Positions 54,194 to 64,000 of a DNA stretch of 64,000 nucleotides are shown piece by piece. Positions within the stretch are counted from its first letter, which is position 1. Each line of letters opens with the position of its first letter. Position numbers and translations under genes: made by a program. Below the pieces are notes generated by a model. The model worked only from the letters and a program-made list of their open reading frames with translations. It ran no database searches and had not been told where the DNA came from. Origin of the DNA: Deltaproteobacteria bacterium (lineage in GTDB: Bacteria > Myxococcota_A > Polyangia > Polyangiales > Houyiibacteriaceae); the NCBI GenBank assembly GCA_034670305.1, contig JAXMNT010000004.1:192001-256000 (forward strand). The letters are read 5' to 3'.

Positions 54194-56160
54194 GCGCCGA
54201 ACCGAAGCGGCGGCGCCTCCGGCTGGCCTCCAAAGCCGCCGCGCTGGTTCTCGGCGCCCTCCTCCTCGCCGCGGGACTCGCGGTGCACAGCGCACGCCTG
54301 AACGACAGGCTTCAATCCGCAGAGCCAAACGCCTTCGACGCGGATGCGTTCGTCGGAAGCGGCCAGTGCCGCCGATGCCACGAAGACCACTGGCAGTCTT
54401 GGCACGCGACCTTCCACCGCACGATGACCCAGGATGTGCAGGGCGAGACCACGGTGGTGTTGGGCCGCTTCGACGGAAGCGCGATCGACTACTTCGGCTG
54501 GCACGCGACGATGCGTGAAGAAGACGGCCAACCCCACATCGAGATCCACGCGCCCGACGGCACGACGACGCGCCATCTCGTCGAGCGCGCGGTGGGCTCG
54601 CGGCGCATGCAGCAGTACCTCACCCGGTCCGCCGAGCGGCCGGCCGAGTACGAGCGGCTGCCGATCGCGTGGCACGTGGAAGAGTCGCGGTGGATGCACA
54701 TGAACGGCGCGTTCCTCACGCCCGACCCAGCGGAAGACGTCGCCTCGACCGAGGACTTTCACCGGCACGTCACCCGCTGGAACGACAACTGTGTGTTCTG
54801 CCACAACGTCGCGCCCAACCCAGGACGGCGGCCGGACGGCCATTTCGAGACCGACGTCGCGGAGCTGGGCGTTGCGTGCGAGGCGTGCCACGGCGCGGGC
54901 GCCGTCCATGCGGAGCGCAACAGCGATCCGGTGCGCAGGTACCTGCTGCACCTCTCAGAAGCGCACGACCCGACCATCGCCAACCCGGCGACCATGCCCG
55001 AAGGACGGCAAGCCGATGTGTGCGGCCGCTGTCATGGGCAGCGCCTCACCGACGACATCGATCGAACCCTCGCGCTCGGCGACCGCTTCGTCCCCGGACA
55101 AGACCTGGCCGTGCACAGCGAACCGCTCTGGCGCGACACCACCCTCAACGGCGTAGACGGAGTGTTCGCGGCCCGCTTCTGGGAGGACGGCACCCCGCGA
55201 CTGACCGCTTACGAGTACCAAGGACTCACCCAATCGGTGTGTGCGCAGCGCGCGCCGCTCAGCTGCACGACCTGCCACGGCATGCACGAGGGCGACCCCC
55301 GCGGCCAACTTCGACCGGCCGCCGCGGAAGCACCCGACACCATGTGCAGCGACTGCCACGACGCCGACTCCCTGAGCGCCGGCCACGTCGCCCACGAAGC
55401 GCAGGCGCACGTCGACTGCATCGACTGCCACATGCCTCGCATCGTCTACGGAATCATCGACGCCCACCGCAGCCACCGCATCGAGCGCCCCTCCCCCGCC
55501 CGCGCCGCCCGCTTCGCCCGCCCCGACCCCTGCACCCTCTGCCACACCACCCGCTCCCGAACCTGGGCCGAGCAAACCCAACAGGAGATGTGGGGCCCGG
55601 ATCCGGAAGCGGCTTCGGCGTCGGCTTCGGCATCGGCTTCGGCTTCAGCTTCGGCGTCGGATTCGGATTCGGCTTCGGCTTCGGATTCAGCGTCAGCAAC
55701 AGACTCCGCAGCAGACGCAGCAACAGCAACAGCCGCAGCAACAGCCGCAGCCGCAGCAACAGCCGCAGCAACAGCCGCAGCAACAGACTCACCGCCAGCA
55801 ACAGCCTCGGCCATCGCCTCCCTCCCCGAAGTCCACCGCGCCCTCCTCGGCGGCGACCCCATCGAACGCGCCCTCGCCGCCGCCGCACTCGGCCGCCGCC
55901 CCCAGTCCCCCGCCGACCGTGGCATGCTCGCGATGGTGCTCGCGCGCGACCCCTACCCGGCTGTCCGGCGCATCGCCTGGAGAAGTCTGCGTGCACCGCT
56001 GGGGCTCGAGTGGTCGGCGTTCGATCCCACCGGGACGCCCTCCGAGCGCGCCGCGCAAGTCCGCGCATTGCCCCTCGGCGAAGTCGCCGGCCCCGACCCC
56101 GTCCTCGCAGCGCAGCTTCGCTCCCACGCCTCCTCGCGCGCGATCGCGATCGGCGAATGA
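54190..56160 (+). CDS. Octaheme c-type cytochrome with low-complexity insert and short HEAT-like C-terminus
   Basis: N-terminal signal/TM; eight CxxCH motifs (CRRCH, CVFCH, CEACH, CGRCH, CTTCH, CSDCH, CIDCH, CTLCH); GTGA overlap. Confidence 0.9.
   Translation: MSAEPKRRRLRLASKAAALVLGALLLAAGLAVHSARLNDRLQSAEPNAFDADAFVGSGQCRRCHEDHWQSWHATFHRTMTQDVQGETTVVLGRFDGSAIDYFGWHATMREEDGQPHIEIHAPDGTTTRHLVERAVGSRRMQQYLTRSAERPAEYERLPIAWHVEESRWMHMNGAFLTPDPAEDVASTEDFHRHVTRWNDNCVFCHNVAPNPGRRPDGHFETDVAELGVACEACHGAGAVHAERNSDPVRRYLLHLSEAHDPTIANPATMPEGRQADVCGRCHGQRLTDDIDRTLALGDRFVPGQDLAVHSEPLWRDTTLNGVDGVFAARFWEDGTPRLTAYEYQGLTQSVCAQRAPLSCTTCHGMHEGDPRGQLRPAAAEAPDTMCSDCHDADSLSAGHVAHEAQAHVDCIDCHMPRIVYGIIDAHRSHRIERPSPARAARFARPDPCTLCHTTRSRTWAEQTQQEMWGPDPEAASASASASASASASASDSDSASASDSASATDSAADAATATAAATAAAAATAAATAAATDSPPATASAIASLPEVHRALLGGDPIERALAAAALGRRPQSPADRGMLAMVLARDPYPAVRRIAWRSLRAPLGLEWSAFDPTGTPSERAAQVRALPLGEVAGPDPVLAAQLRSHASSRAIAIGE
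55611..55805. repeat. In-frame bipartite array: (TCGGCT/TCGGAT)n then (ACAGCCGCAGCA)-type units
   Basis: Direct read; encodes SASA then ATAAA. Confidence 0.9.
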
Positions 56161-56570
56161 GCCTCCCGCCCCGGACCCGCACCGACCCGCACGCCAGGCG
56201 CACCCGTGCGTTCGCGTGGACGCTCGCGGCCGTCTCCGCGTCGTTCGGTCTGCTGCTCGAGTCGGCCCACGCGTTCAAGTGGTCGGACTACCTGGATGCA
56301 CCGGTGGTGCGGCTGATGTTCACCCTCGCCCACGCCCACGGCCTCGGACTCGCACTCGTCGTGCTGGTGCATGCCCTGCAGTCGGATCCGCGTGGGCGGC
56401 GCGCTCTGGTGTTCGGCGCGGTGCTGATGCCGCTCGGATTCTTCGCGGGCGGGTTCGGCGTCTTCGAGAGCGACCCGGGCGTCGGGGTGATGCTCGCGCC
56501 GATCGGTGCGCTGTGCGTGCTGGTGGGTTTGTGGCAGTCGGTCTGGGCCGCGCTCCGTCCCCAGCCTTGA
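56157..56570 (+). CDS. Small 4-TM membrane protein with LAHAHG motif
   Basis: ATGA overlap with the cytochrome stop; four hydrophobic segments; His residues in AHAFK and AHAHG. Confidence 0.7.
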   Translation: MSLPPRTRTDPHARRTRAFAWTLAAVSASFGLLLESAHAFKWSDYLDAPVVRLMFTLAHAHGLGLALVVLVHALQSDPRGRRALVFGAVLMPLGFFAGGFGVFESDPGVGVMLAPIGALCVLVGLWQSVWAALRPQP

Positions 56571-56598
56571 ACCGTCCTCGAACGCCCAGACGGTCGGC

Positions 56599-57207
56599 TC
56601 AGATCCGGCGGCTCAACATCCGGTAGACCGGCAGCCCGTCTTCTTTCGCGCGGACCTCGCGGTTGCTCACGCAGCCGTAGGGGTTGTCCGTGAGGTTCGG
56701 CTCCGCGACCTCGAACGAGGGGTGGGCTTCGAGCGTCGCGCGGTAGATCGCGTGCCGAGAGGCCACATCGGTCTGGACATAGAGTTCGCCACCGCCGGGC
56801 ATGAGGACCGCGAGCGCGTCGAGCAATGCGTCTCCGACCACGCGGCGTTTCGTATGCCGCTTCTTCCACCAGGGGTCGGGGAAGTGCACGAACACGCGCT
56901 GCACCGACGACGTCGGACCGCAGCGGCTGAGCACCTCGCGCGCGTCGGCGGCCCAGATGACGACGCGATCGGAGAGCCCCTTCTTCTGGACCCGTTCGGC
57001 GACCTTGGTCGACCACTTGCTCTTGATCTCGATGCCGAGGATCCGGCTCTCCGGCGCAACCTCTGCGCGGGTGAACACGCTCAAGCCGCGGCCGAATCCG
57101 ATGTCGACCTCGAGCGGCCCGGTCCCCGGGATCACGAGGTCCAGATCCACGTCTCCGTCGGGCGGGCGGGGGGCCATGGCCCCGTAGCGAATGGGTGGGT
57201 CGGTCAT
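56599..57207 (-). CDS. trmB: tRNA (guanine-N7)-methyltransferase
   Basis: DIGFGRG, GIEI, HFPDPWWKKRH.KRR, QTD. Confidence 0.9.
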   Translation of the reverse strand: MTDPPIRYGAMAPRPPDGDVDLDLVIPGTGPLEVDIGFGRGLSVFTRAEVAPESRILGIEIKSKWSTKVAERVQKKGLSDRVVIWAADAREVLSRCGPTSSVQRVFVHFPDPWWKKRHTKRRVVGDALLDALAVLMPGGGELYVQTDVASRHAIYRATLEAHPSFEVAEPNLTDNPYGCVSNREVRAKEDGLPVYRMLSRRI

Positions 57208-57288
57208 CGGCGCGCGAGAACCTGTCGCCTCCCGCGCCGATTCGCAAACCGCTCGCGCGGTTTCGCCGAAGCCAGGTAGCCTTAGCCC

Positions 57289-58242
57289 GTGGCCAAGACA
57301 CCCGCCCTCCAGTTCACCGTCCCAAGGCATCCGAAATCGTCGTGGGGCGAACTGGTGCTGGGCATGACCGTCACCCCGAGCGGCGAAGTGTTCGTCGTTG
57401 GGGGACGTGGCAAGAACTTCATGCTGCACTCCCGCGACGGCTCGCGGTTCAAGACGCTGCGCATGTCGAAGGCAAACCTCGGCGGTGCGCGCGGGCTGCG
57501 AACGGTGAGCACGTTCGGCCGCGAGATCTGGATCAGCGGTGAGTGGGGACACATCGCTCGTTCGGTGGACGGCGGCCGCACGTTCAAGTCAGTGAAGACC
57601 CCCACCCGCAACTGCTGCTGGAGTTTGGTCCACGATGCCGACGGAAACGTCTGGGGCACCGCCGACAACGGGTGGGTGGGCTACTGCACGGACAAGAAGA
57701 GTTGGCGTCCGGTCTCGCGCGGGATCCCGTGCTCGGACGACGAGACCTGGAAGAACACGTACGGCATGCCCGGCGGCATCGCCTGGGCCGAGCCGAGCCC
57801 TCTTGGCGTGTTGCTCCCAGCGGGCAACCGCCTGCTGATCGGCAACGAAGCCGACGCTGTGCTCACCGGATTGGAGGCGAAAGGCAAACTCTCCAACGCC
57901 ATCGTGACGAGCAACGGCTCGCTGGTCGCGGTGGGCCACGACGGCGTCTACCGTTCGACCGATCGGGGCGAGACCTTTCAACAGAGCGACACGAACGCCA
58001 AGGGCCGCGCCCGCCGCCATCCGGTCCTCCACCGCATCCGCCAACTCAAAGACGTGCTCGTCGTCACCGGCGACAACCTCGTCATGGTCTCCACCGACGA
58101 CGGAGAGACCTTCCGCCGGGTCAAACACCCGTTCTTCTCCAAGCAGAAGCCGAAGGAGGACTGGCTCTACGCACTCGGCGTCGTGAACGACAGCCTCCTC
58201 ATCGGCGGCGACGGCGGCCTCCTGGGCCGCATCCGGCTCTAG
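57289..58242 (+). CDS. BNR/Asp-box beta-propeller protein (YCF48-like)
   Basis: RSVDGGRTF, RSTDRGETF, VSTDDGETF Asp-boxes. Confidence 0.75.
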   Translation: MAKTPALQFTVPRHPKSSWGELVLGMTVTPSGEVFVVGGRGKNFMLHSRDGSRFKTLRMSKANLGGARGLRTVSTFGREIWISGEWGHIARSVDGGRTFKSVKTPTRNCCWSLVHDADGNVWGTADNGWVGYCTDKKSWRPVSRGIPCSDDETWKNTYGMPGGIAWAEPSPLGVLLPAGNRLLIGNEADAVLTGLEAKGKLSNAIVTSNGSLVAVGHDGVYRSTDRGETFQQSDTNAKGRARRHPVLHRIRQLKDVLVVTGDNLVMVSTDDGETFRRVKHPFFSKQKPKEDWLYALGVVNDSLLIGGDGGLLGRIRL

Positions 58243-61200
58243 AGCGTGATCCCGATTTCGCTCGCGGCGTCTTCGAGTGCGGAGGATGCGTTCGGGAGGC
58301 CGCGGGAGGCGTGGTAGCAGTCGCGCAGGACCGCTTCGGCTTCTTCGGTGCGTCCGCCCATGTTCAAGAGGCGCGCGAGCGCGGCGGCTGCGACCGCGTG
58401 TCCGGGGTTGTGCCAGAGCGCGCGCCGGTAATGCCGCATGGCCAGCCCGTACACGCCGTGGCCGTTCGCTTCTTCGCCGTCGCGGGCCTGCCTCGACGCG
58501 CGCACCCGTTCCGCTCGGTAGCGCTGTTGCAGGTACTCCTCTGCCTTTTCCGTGTAGCCCGCTTCGAACGCGCACGCGGCGGCGCGGAAGGTCGCCTCTC
58601 GGTTCTCGAGCGCGCGTGGGTGGGCATCGACCGCTTCCATCATCGCCGCGCAGTCGTTCGCGAGGAACGCGTTCGCCACCGCGACCATGCCGTCGTCGCG
58701 GCTGTTGTTCAGCCGCTCGGCCATCGCCAACGCGAGCCGTGCGCTGTGCCGGCTTGAGAGCCCGACGGCCGCGGTGAGGAACGGTTCGGCCGACGAGGGG
58801 TTCGCGCGGCCGGGGACCTCGAGGCTCTGCAGCAGATGCCAGTACATGTGCTCTGAGAAGCGCAGCTCGTCCGCCCGGTTCGCCAGCCGGCCGTCGCCGG
58901 GGAAGCGGTCGTACTGCGCGAGCGTGCCTCGGACGTCGCCGCGGTGCTCTTCGAGCACGCCGGTCACAAACGCACGTTCGACTTCGCTGAACTCCAGCGC
59001 GTCGAGCGCGGCGCGAATGCGTCGGTGGGTACGCCAGCGGAGTTTCGTGTAGATGGTTCGCTGGACGAAGAGGTCCGCGCGCATCTCGGACGGAATCGCC
59101 GCGAAGGTCTCCGCGCCCATCCAAGGCAAACTCTCGAGCGCCCGGTCCAGTTGGTCCTCGCTGATCGCGTCCCGGTGGGGAATGCGCGCGAGGTCGAACT
59201 CCAGCGACGGCCGATCGTCCACGATGATCGGCGCGTTGCCCGCGAAGATGCGGGCGCTGCCGCTGTCGAGTTCGAGACCGACCGCGAAGTCCACCAGATC
59301 GTCGAGCGCGAACGGCTGCAGGTACGGCCGCAGCTCTTCGGTCACGACACGCTCGGAGAACTGCTCATCGAAACGCAGCGGATGGTTGCTCGCGAGCAGG
59401 ATGAAACTGGATGTCTCCACCACGTACGCCTGCACATGCTCGAACACGCTCAGCAGGGTCCGCACGATGCTGCGCAGGTGGGGGATGTCCATCCGGAAGA
59501 GGTTCGTCCAAAGCGCGAGCACGCCGCCGGGGGTCAACGCGCGGTCGCACTCCTGGAAGAACTCCTGCGTGTAAAGCGCGCTCGATCCTGCGAGCCACGG
59601 ATGGCTCGGTTGGCTGACCACCGCGTCGTAGCTGTCTTCTTCCGCCAGCACGAGCTGCGCCCGCGCGTCGTCGACCACGAGATGCACCCGCGGGTCGTCG
59701 ATCGGGAACGGCTTGTCGCGGCTGTCGTAGAGGTAGCGCGCCGCATCCACGACCGCGCCCTCGAGCTCGACCGCGTCGATGTGTTCCCACGGACCGCCCG
59801 TCATCACGGCGGCGGTGTGTCCCGCCCCGACCCCGATGACCATCGCGCGGTTCCGCTCTTCCGCGAAGAGCGTGGGCAGGCTACCGAGCACCGCCAGTTC
59901 TTCGCCGAAGCCTGGGTCGTCCTGCCCGATGCCACTCTCCGGCCGGCCGTCGTTGAAGAGCCGCAACGTGCCTTCGCGATCGATGATGGTGACGGTCGTG
60001 TTCCGTCCTTCGCGCAAGAAGACGAGCGGGTCCCGCCAGCTTTCGTCCGGACCATACAAGAGCGCCTGATCCGGGTCGTACCAGGCGTCCAGCAGGTACG
60101 GGACGTGGAGGCTCGGGTGGATGACGATGACGAGGGCACCAAGAAGGATCGGAACGCCGATCGTCACCGCACGCCACACGAATCGTGCGCCGCGCGACCA
60201 CGCCTCGAACGCCAGCAGCGCCGCAACGATGTGTACGAAGAGCACGCAGAGCAGGGAGAGCTCGATGCCCGTCGTCGACAACTCCGCCGGATGATCGTCG
60301 GCGAGCAGCGCGGAGAACCCCGGCACGAGAATGAAACCGGCGACCAGCGATCCGAGCAGTCCGCCCAGCGTGTTCGCCGCGAGGATGCGACCGCTGTACT
60401 GCGCCGCGTCTTCCGCGCCGCCTCCGGCGATGCGCCACGCCAGCGGGATCGAGGTGCCGAGCACGAGCGCGAGCGGGAAGAGGATGACGGCGCTGACCGC
60501 GAGGATCACCCAGGCTTCGTGGGGCACGAGCCAGGTCGATTCCTGGATCAGGATCAACATCCGAGGGGTCTGCGATCCCATCCAGAGCGCCACCGCTGTC
60601 AGCAGTGCCAAGAGCAACTGGGTCACCCCGAAGAGCCAACGCGCGTCGTGACCGCGCTTGAGCAGCCGCTCCGCGATCACGCTGCCGATCGCGATGCCCA
60701 GGAGGTAGTTCACGAGCATCGCGGCGAACGCCTGGGTCGTGCCTTGCACCACCATGCGCAACACCCGCGTCCAGAGCACTTCGCCGGCCAGCGATGCGAA
60801 GCCTGCGATCGCCGCGAGGGTCATCGCCAGCTTCACAGCGCTCGGGGCGCGTCCGGCAGGCCGTGCGCCCTCTTCTTCCTCCGGCTGGGTGATGCCGGCC
60901 GAACGCCAGACCGCGAGCACGATCGCGGCCGCGCCGAAGCTGCCGCCCGCGGCGACGATGACGCTCATCTGCGCGCCGTGGGTGGGGACGAGGTAGAGCC
61001 CGGTCACGCCGGCCCCGAGCACGGCGCCAAGGGTGTTGGTCGCGTAGAGCCAGGTCGCGCTCGACGACCACGACACACCGCGCTGGGCGACGGCCGCGAC
61101 GAGCACCGGCAGGGTGGCGCCCATCATCAGCGTGGGCGGAAGCAGGATCAGCACCGCCAGCAAAAAACGGATCGACGTCAACACGCCGAACGACGCCCCT

Positions 61201-61514
61201 TGGCCGACCGACGCGTACAGGTGGTGCACGTTCGGCACGAGCAGCAGCGACAGCAGCGCCCACAGACCGATGATCGCTTCCAGCGCCGCGTACGCGAGGG
61301 CGGGGCGGGCGAGCTTCTTCGCCCAGCGGGCCGCGAGCGCCGATCCGACCCCGAGCCCCAGGAAGAAGGTCGCGAGTACCGTGGCGTTCGCGAGGTCGCT
61401 CACGCCGAACACCCGCTGCAGCATGCGTCCCCAGGTCGACTGGTAGACGAGGCTGGCACTTCCGCTGAGCAGAAGGGCGACGTAGAGGGTGGAAACTCGA
61501 AGGGAATCAGCCAA
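58239..61514 (-). CDS. Fused polytopic membrane / spermidine-synthase-like SAM-binding protein with C-terminal TPR
   Basis: SGSASLVYQ, PTLMMGATLP, LYATNTLGA TM motifs; IGVGAG, VELE, DDAR, SQPSHPW..LYTQEFF. Confidence 0.85.
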   Translation of the reverse strand: MADSLRVSTLYVALLLSGSASLVYQSTWGRMLQRVFGVSDLANATVLATFFLGLGVGSALAARWAKKLARPALAYAALEAIIGLWALLSLLLVPNVHHLYASVGQGASFGVLTSIRFLLAVLILLPPTLMMGATLPVLVAAVAQRGVSWSSSATWLYATNTLGAVLGAGVTGLYLVPTHGAQMSVIVAAGGSFGAAAIVLAVWRSAGITQPEEEEGARPAGRAPSAVKLAMTLAAIAGFASLAGEVLWTRVLRMVVQGTTQAFAAMLVNYLLGIAIGSVIAERLLKRGHDARWLFGVTQLLLALLTAVALWMGSQTPRMLILIQESTWLVPHEAWVILAVSAVILFPLALVLGTSIPLAWRIAGGGAEDAAQYSGRILAANTLGGLLGSLVAGFILVPGFSALLADDHPAELSTTGIELSLLCVLFVHIVAALLAFEAWSRGARFVWRAVTIGVPILLGALVIVIHPSLHVPYLLDAWYDPDQALLYGPDESWRDPLVFLREGRNTTVTIIDREGTLRLFNDGRPESGIGQDDPGFGEELAVLGSLPTLFAEERNRAMVIGVGAGHTAAVMTGGPWEHIDAVELEGAVVDAARYLYDSRDKPFPIDDPRVHLVVDDARAQLVLAEEDSYDAVVSQPSHPWLAGSSALYTQEFFQECDRALTPGGVLALWTNLFRMDIPHLRSIVRTLLSVFEHVQAYVVETSSFILLASNHPLRFDEQFSERVVTEELRPYLQPFALDDLVDFAVGLELDSGSARIFAGNAPIIVDDRPSLEFDLARIPHRDAISEDQLDRALESLPWMGAETFAAIPSEMRADLFVQRTIYTKLRWRTHRRIRAALDALEFSEVERAFVTGVLEEHRGDVRGTLAQYDRFPGDGRLANRADELRFSEHMYWHLLQSLEVPGRANPSSAEPFLTAAVGLSSRHSARLALAMAERLNNSRDDGMVAVANAFLANDCAAMMEAVDAHPRALENREATFRAAACAFEAGYTEKAEEYLQQRYRAERVRASRQARDGEEANGHGVYGLAMRHYRRALWHNPGHAVAAAALARLLNMGGRTEEAEAVLRDCYHASRGLPNASSALEDAASEIGITL

Positions 61515-61719
61515 AGCGGGTGGACCTTACAAGCTTTTCTCGGGACTTCACGTCATCTTCCTTCGATCGCACGGGTTTGGGCCCAGCGGCCACTCGGAAC
61601 AGGGCCGAAACCAGTGCTGTCCCTCCGAAACGCAGTCGCTGAGCAAGGTCGGACCCCGGTGGGCACCGCTGTCTTGGAGTCGGGCCCCGCTGGACGCTCG
61701 CAACTAACTCCGCAAGATC

Positions 61720-61749
61720 TTGACGCTTTGCGACCATAGGGGGTATTCC
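61720..61749 (+). promoter_or_regulatory. Putative promoter for romR
   Basis: TTGACG-N18-TATTCC upstream of the start. Confidence 0.3.
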
Positions 61750-61802
61750 AGATCCGCGTTCGAGTCCGTTCACGCGGACCAAACCAAACGCGGGAGGCGT
61801 GT

Positions 61803-62765
61803 GTGACGGTGAAGATCCTGGCCGTCGATGACAGCGCGACGATGCGAAAGATCATGGAGATGACTTTTGCAGGTGAAGATGTGGAGGTCGCCGTGGCCTC
61901 CAACGGGCAAGAAGGCCTGGCGCGCGCCCAACAAATGAACCCGGACGTCGTGTTTGCGGACGCGTCGATGACCGGCATGGACGGGTACGCCTTGGCGCAC
62001 GCGATCAAATCGGATGCGGCCCTGGCCCATACCGCGGTGATCGTGCTGGCGAGCCAACACAGCCCGTTCGACGAGGGCAAAGGTCGCACCTCTGGGGTCG
62101 ACGACCACGTTGCCAAACCCTTCGACAGCCAAGTCGTGATCGACAAGGTCGCCCAGGTGCTGTCCCGCCCCCGCGCCAAAGCGAGCGGCACGATGTCGGC
62201 GGTGGCGGCGGTCAGCCCGCCCGCCTCCTCCGCTGGTGCACCGGTGCAGCAGACCCCTCCGCGCTCTCCCAAGCAGACGGCCGCGTTCGGATCGAAGCCG
62301 CCCGCGACCCTCGAGTTGATGGACGAGCCGGAGATCGAGATCACCCCGCCGCGGCCCGCGCCGCCCCGGCCCGCGCCGCCCCGGCCCACCGCGCCGAAAC
62401 CGGTCGCGCCCAAACCCGTGGTCGCCAAACCCGTGCCCCCGCGACCTGCGCCGGCCAAACCGGCACCGGTCAAACCAGAGCCGCCGAGGCCCGCGCGGCC
62501 CGAGCCGGTCGTCGCGAAGCCAGCGCCCGCGAAGCCTGCGCCAGTGAAACCATCCCCCGCCAAGCCGGCCGGGGCCGTTGCAGCGGCGACCAGCAGTTCT
62601 GGCGACCTCGCGCAGAAACTGGATGCCCTCGGACTCTCTGCCGATCAGGTCGCTGGCGTGCTCGCCTTGAGCCGCGAAGTGATCGAACAGGTGGTCTGGG
62701 AAGTCGTCCCGGACATGGCCGAGACGCTCATTCGTGAAGAGATCCGTCGGCTCACCGCCGACTGA
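61803..62765 (+). CDS. romR: RomR polarity response regulator
   Basis: Receiver domain, Pro/Ala/Lys-rich linker and the RomR-type C-terminal helix SREVIEQVVWEVVPDMAETLIREEIRRL. Confidence 0.88.
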   Translation: MTVKILAVDDSATMRKIMEMTFAGEDVEVAVASNGQEGLARAQQMNPDVVFADASMTGMDGYALAHAIKSDAALAHTAVIVLASQHSPFDEGKGRTSGVDDHVAKPFDSQVVIDKVAQVLSRPRAKASGTMSAVAAVSPPASSAGAPVQQTPPRSPKQTAAFGSKPPATLELMDEPEIEITPPRPAPPRPAPPRPTAPKPVAPKPVVAKPVPPRPAPAKPAPVKPEPPRPARPEPVVAKPAPAKPAPVKPSPAKPAGAVAAATSSSGDLAQKLDALGLSADQVAGVLALSREVIEQVVWEVVPDMAETLIREEIRRLTAD

Positions 62766-62777
62766 ACCTCGGTCGCC

Positions 62778-64000
62778 TCAATCCTCGGCGGCCCCGACCC
62801 GCAGTGCCTCGTCGCGCATCGCGGCGAGGTCTTGGTCGATCGCCTCCGGCGTCCGCGCGATCGGACCGGTGGACAATCCTCGGGCTTGCGCGAGGACGAC
62901 CTCGATGCCGTCCAGGTCGAGCGGCCGACCGAGCAGGTAGCCCTGGATCTCGTCGCAGCCGAGCGATTCGAGGGACTCGAACTGGGCCTGGGTCTCGACG
63001 CCCTCCGCCAACACGATCATGCCGAGCCCGTGCCCCATCGCGATGATGGTTCGGACGAGCACCATGTCGCCTTCGTCCTGGTGCATGGACTGGACGAAGG
63101 ACCGGTCGATCTTGAGCCGCTCGACAGGCAGCCGGCGCAAATACGCCAGCGATGAGTACCCGGTGCCGAAATCGTCGAGGGCGATCGACACCCCGAGCGC
63201 CCGCAGCCCCTCCAGCAACTCCACCGTGCCGTCGATGTCCTTCGCGAGCACCCCTTCGGTGACCTCCAGTTCCAAGCGCTGCGGATCGAGTCCGGTGAAC
63301 TCGAGCACCGACGCGACCTTCTGCACGAACCGCGGATGCATCAGCTGGAGCGGACTGACGTTGACCGAGATCCGCATCGTACTCGGCCACTCGCTCGCTT
63401 GCGCGCAGGCTTCTTGAAGCACCCACGCGCCGAGCTTGACGACCTGGCCACTCGACTCTGCCACCGGGATGAACTCCCCTGGAGACACCGCGCCGAGCAC
63501 CGGAGAGTTCCATCGGAGCAGCGCCTCGGCTCCAATGATCCGCCCATCGATGTGAAAGAGCGGCTGGTACGCCAGTTCGAGCTCTCCACGCTCCACGACC
63601 CCTTCGAGACCGGCGCGCAAGACCCGCTCCCGCCTCTGCACCTCGTAGTCCTCGGCGTCGAAGTAGCCGATGCCATCCGTCGAGAGGCGCTTCGCGCGCA
63701 CGAGCGCGGCATCCGCGTGGGCCACCAAACTCGCGACGTCGTCGTCGGCGGCGCTCGAGACGCCGATCGTCACACTGAGCCGAATGAGATCTCCGTCGCG
63801 GGTCACGATGGGCCGCCCGAGCACCGTCTGCAGCTCAGACGCGACCCGTGAGGCAGTTCGCGCCGCTGGCCCACAGAGGAGGATGCTGAACTCGTCCGCG
63901 CCCCACCGGCCCGCCAGTGCACCGACGTAGCCCTCGTCCAGTTCCGAGGGCTCCGGTTCGTCGTTCCCCTCGAAGATCGTTTGTTCGATCCGTTCGCCGA
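62778..64000 (-). CDS. GGDEF-EAL protein, 3' part only
   Basis: Open frame to the window edge; GADEF variant; intact EAL (AEALLRW, DDFGTGYSSL, LKIDRSF, AEGVE, QGY). Confidence 0.88.
   Translation of the reverse strand, partial: GERIEQTIFEGNDEPEPSELDEGYVGALAGRWGADEFSILLCGPAARTASRVASELQTVLGRPIVTRDGDLIRLSVTIGVSSAADDDVASLVAHADAALVRAKRLSTDGIGYFDAEDYEVQRRERVLRAGLEGVVERGELELAYQPLFHIDGRIIGAEALLRWNSPVLGAVSPGEFIPVAESSGQVVKLGAWVLQEACAQASEWPSTMRISVNVSPLQLMHPRFVQKVASVLEFTGLDPQRLELEVTEGVLAKDIDGTVELLEGLRALGVSIALDDFGTGYSSLAYLRRLPVERLKIDRSFVQSMHQDEGDMVLVRTIIAMGHGLGMIVLAEGVETQAQFESLESLGCDEIQGYLLGRPLDLDGIEVVLAQARGLSTGPIARTPEAIDQDLAAMRDEALRVGAAED

Noticed and set aside
58239-61514. Calling this gene speE
   Set aside because: It is the membrane-fused family of uncertain activity; aminopropyltransferase function is not supported.
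61515-61719. Riboswitch upstream of romR
   Set aside because: Only an imperfect hairpin; no consensus I recognise. An Infernal scan would be needed.

Overview
High-GC, gene-dense core-genome segment, by inference from a Myxococcota (Polyangia/Sandaracinaceae-like) bacterium. It carries housekeeping genes (ffh, moeA, accA, rpoZ, groES-groEL, trmB), myxobacterial motility/envelope genes (romR, tsaP-like LysM, cpoB-like, MltD-like), many signalling genes (Ser/Thr kinase, REC-GAF-HD-GYP, FHA-GGDEF, FHA-GAF-adenylate cyclase, GAF-GAF kinase, ECF pair, GGDEF-EAL) and a MoxR/DUF58/vWA operon. I saw no rRNA, tRNA, CRISPR, integrase or transposase. The most unusual signals are: (1) a family of polar hexamer-repeat arrays (TCGGCN/TCGGAT), often followed by a CAGC-rich block, found both between and inside genes in both orientations, with orientation-matched C/G skew in the flanking coding DNA; (2) inverted GGGCAA-type arms bracketing a probable four-helix-bundle gene remnant; (3) a dispersed REP-like hairpin family; (4) two CIRCE operators between groESL and a divergent uncharacterised gene pair; (5) a translationally coupled STAND-TPR / octaheme cytochrome / His-containing membrane protein unit. 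All calls come from motif recognition by eye; no searches were run and some start codons are best guesses.
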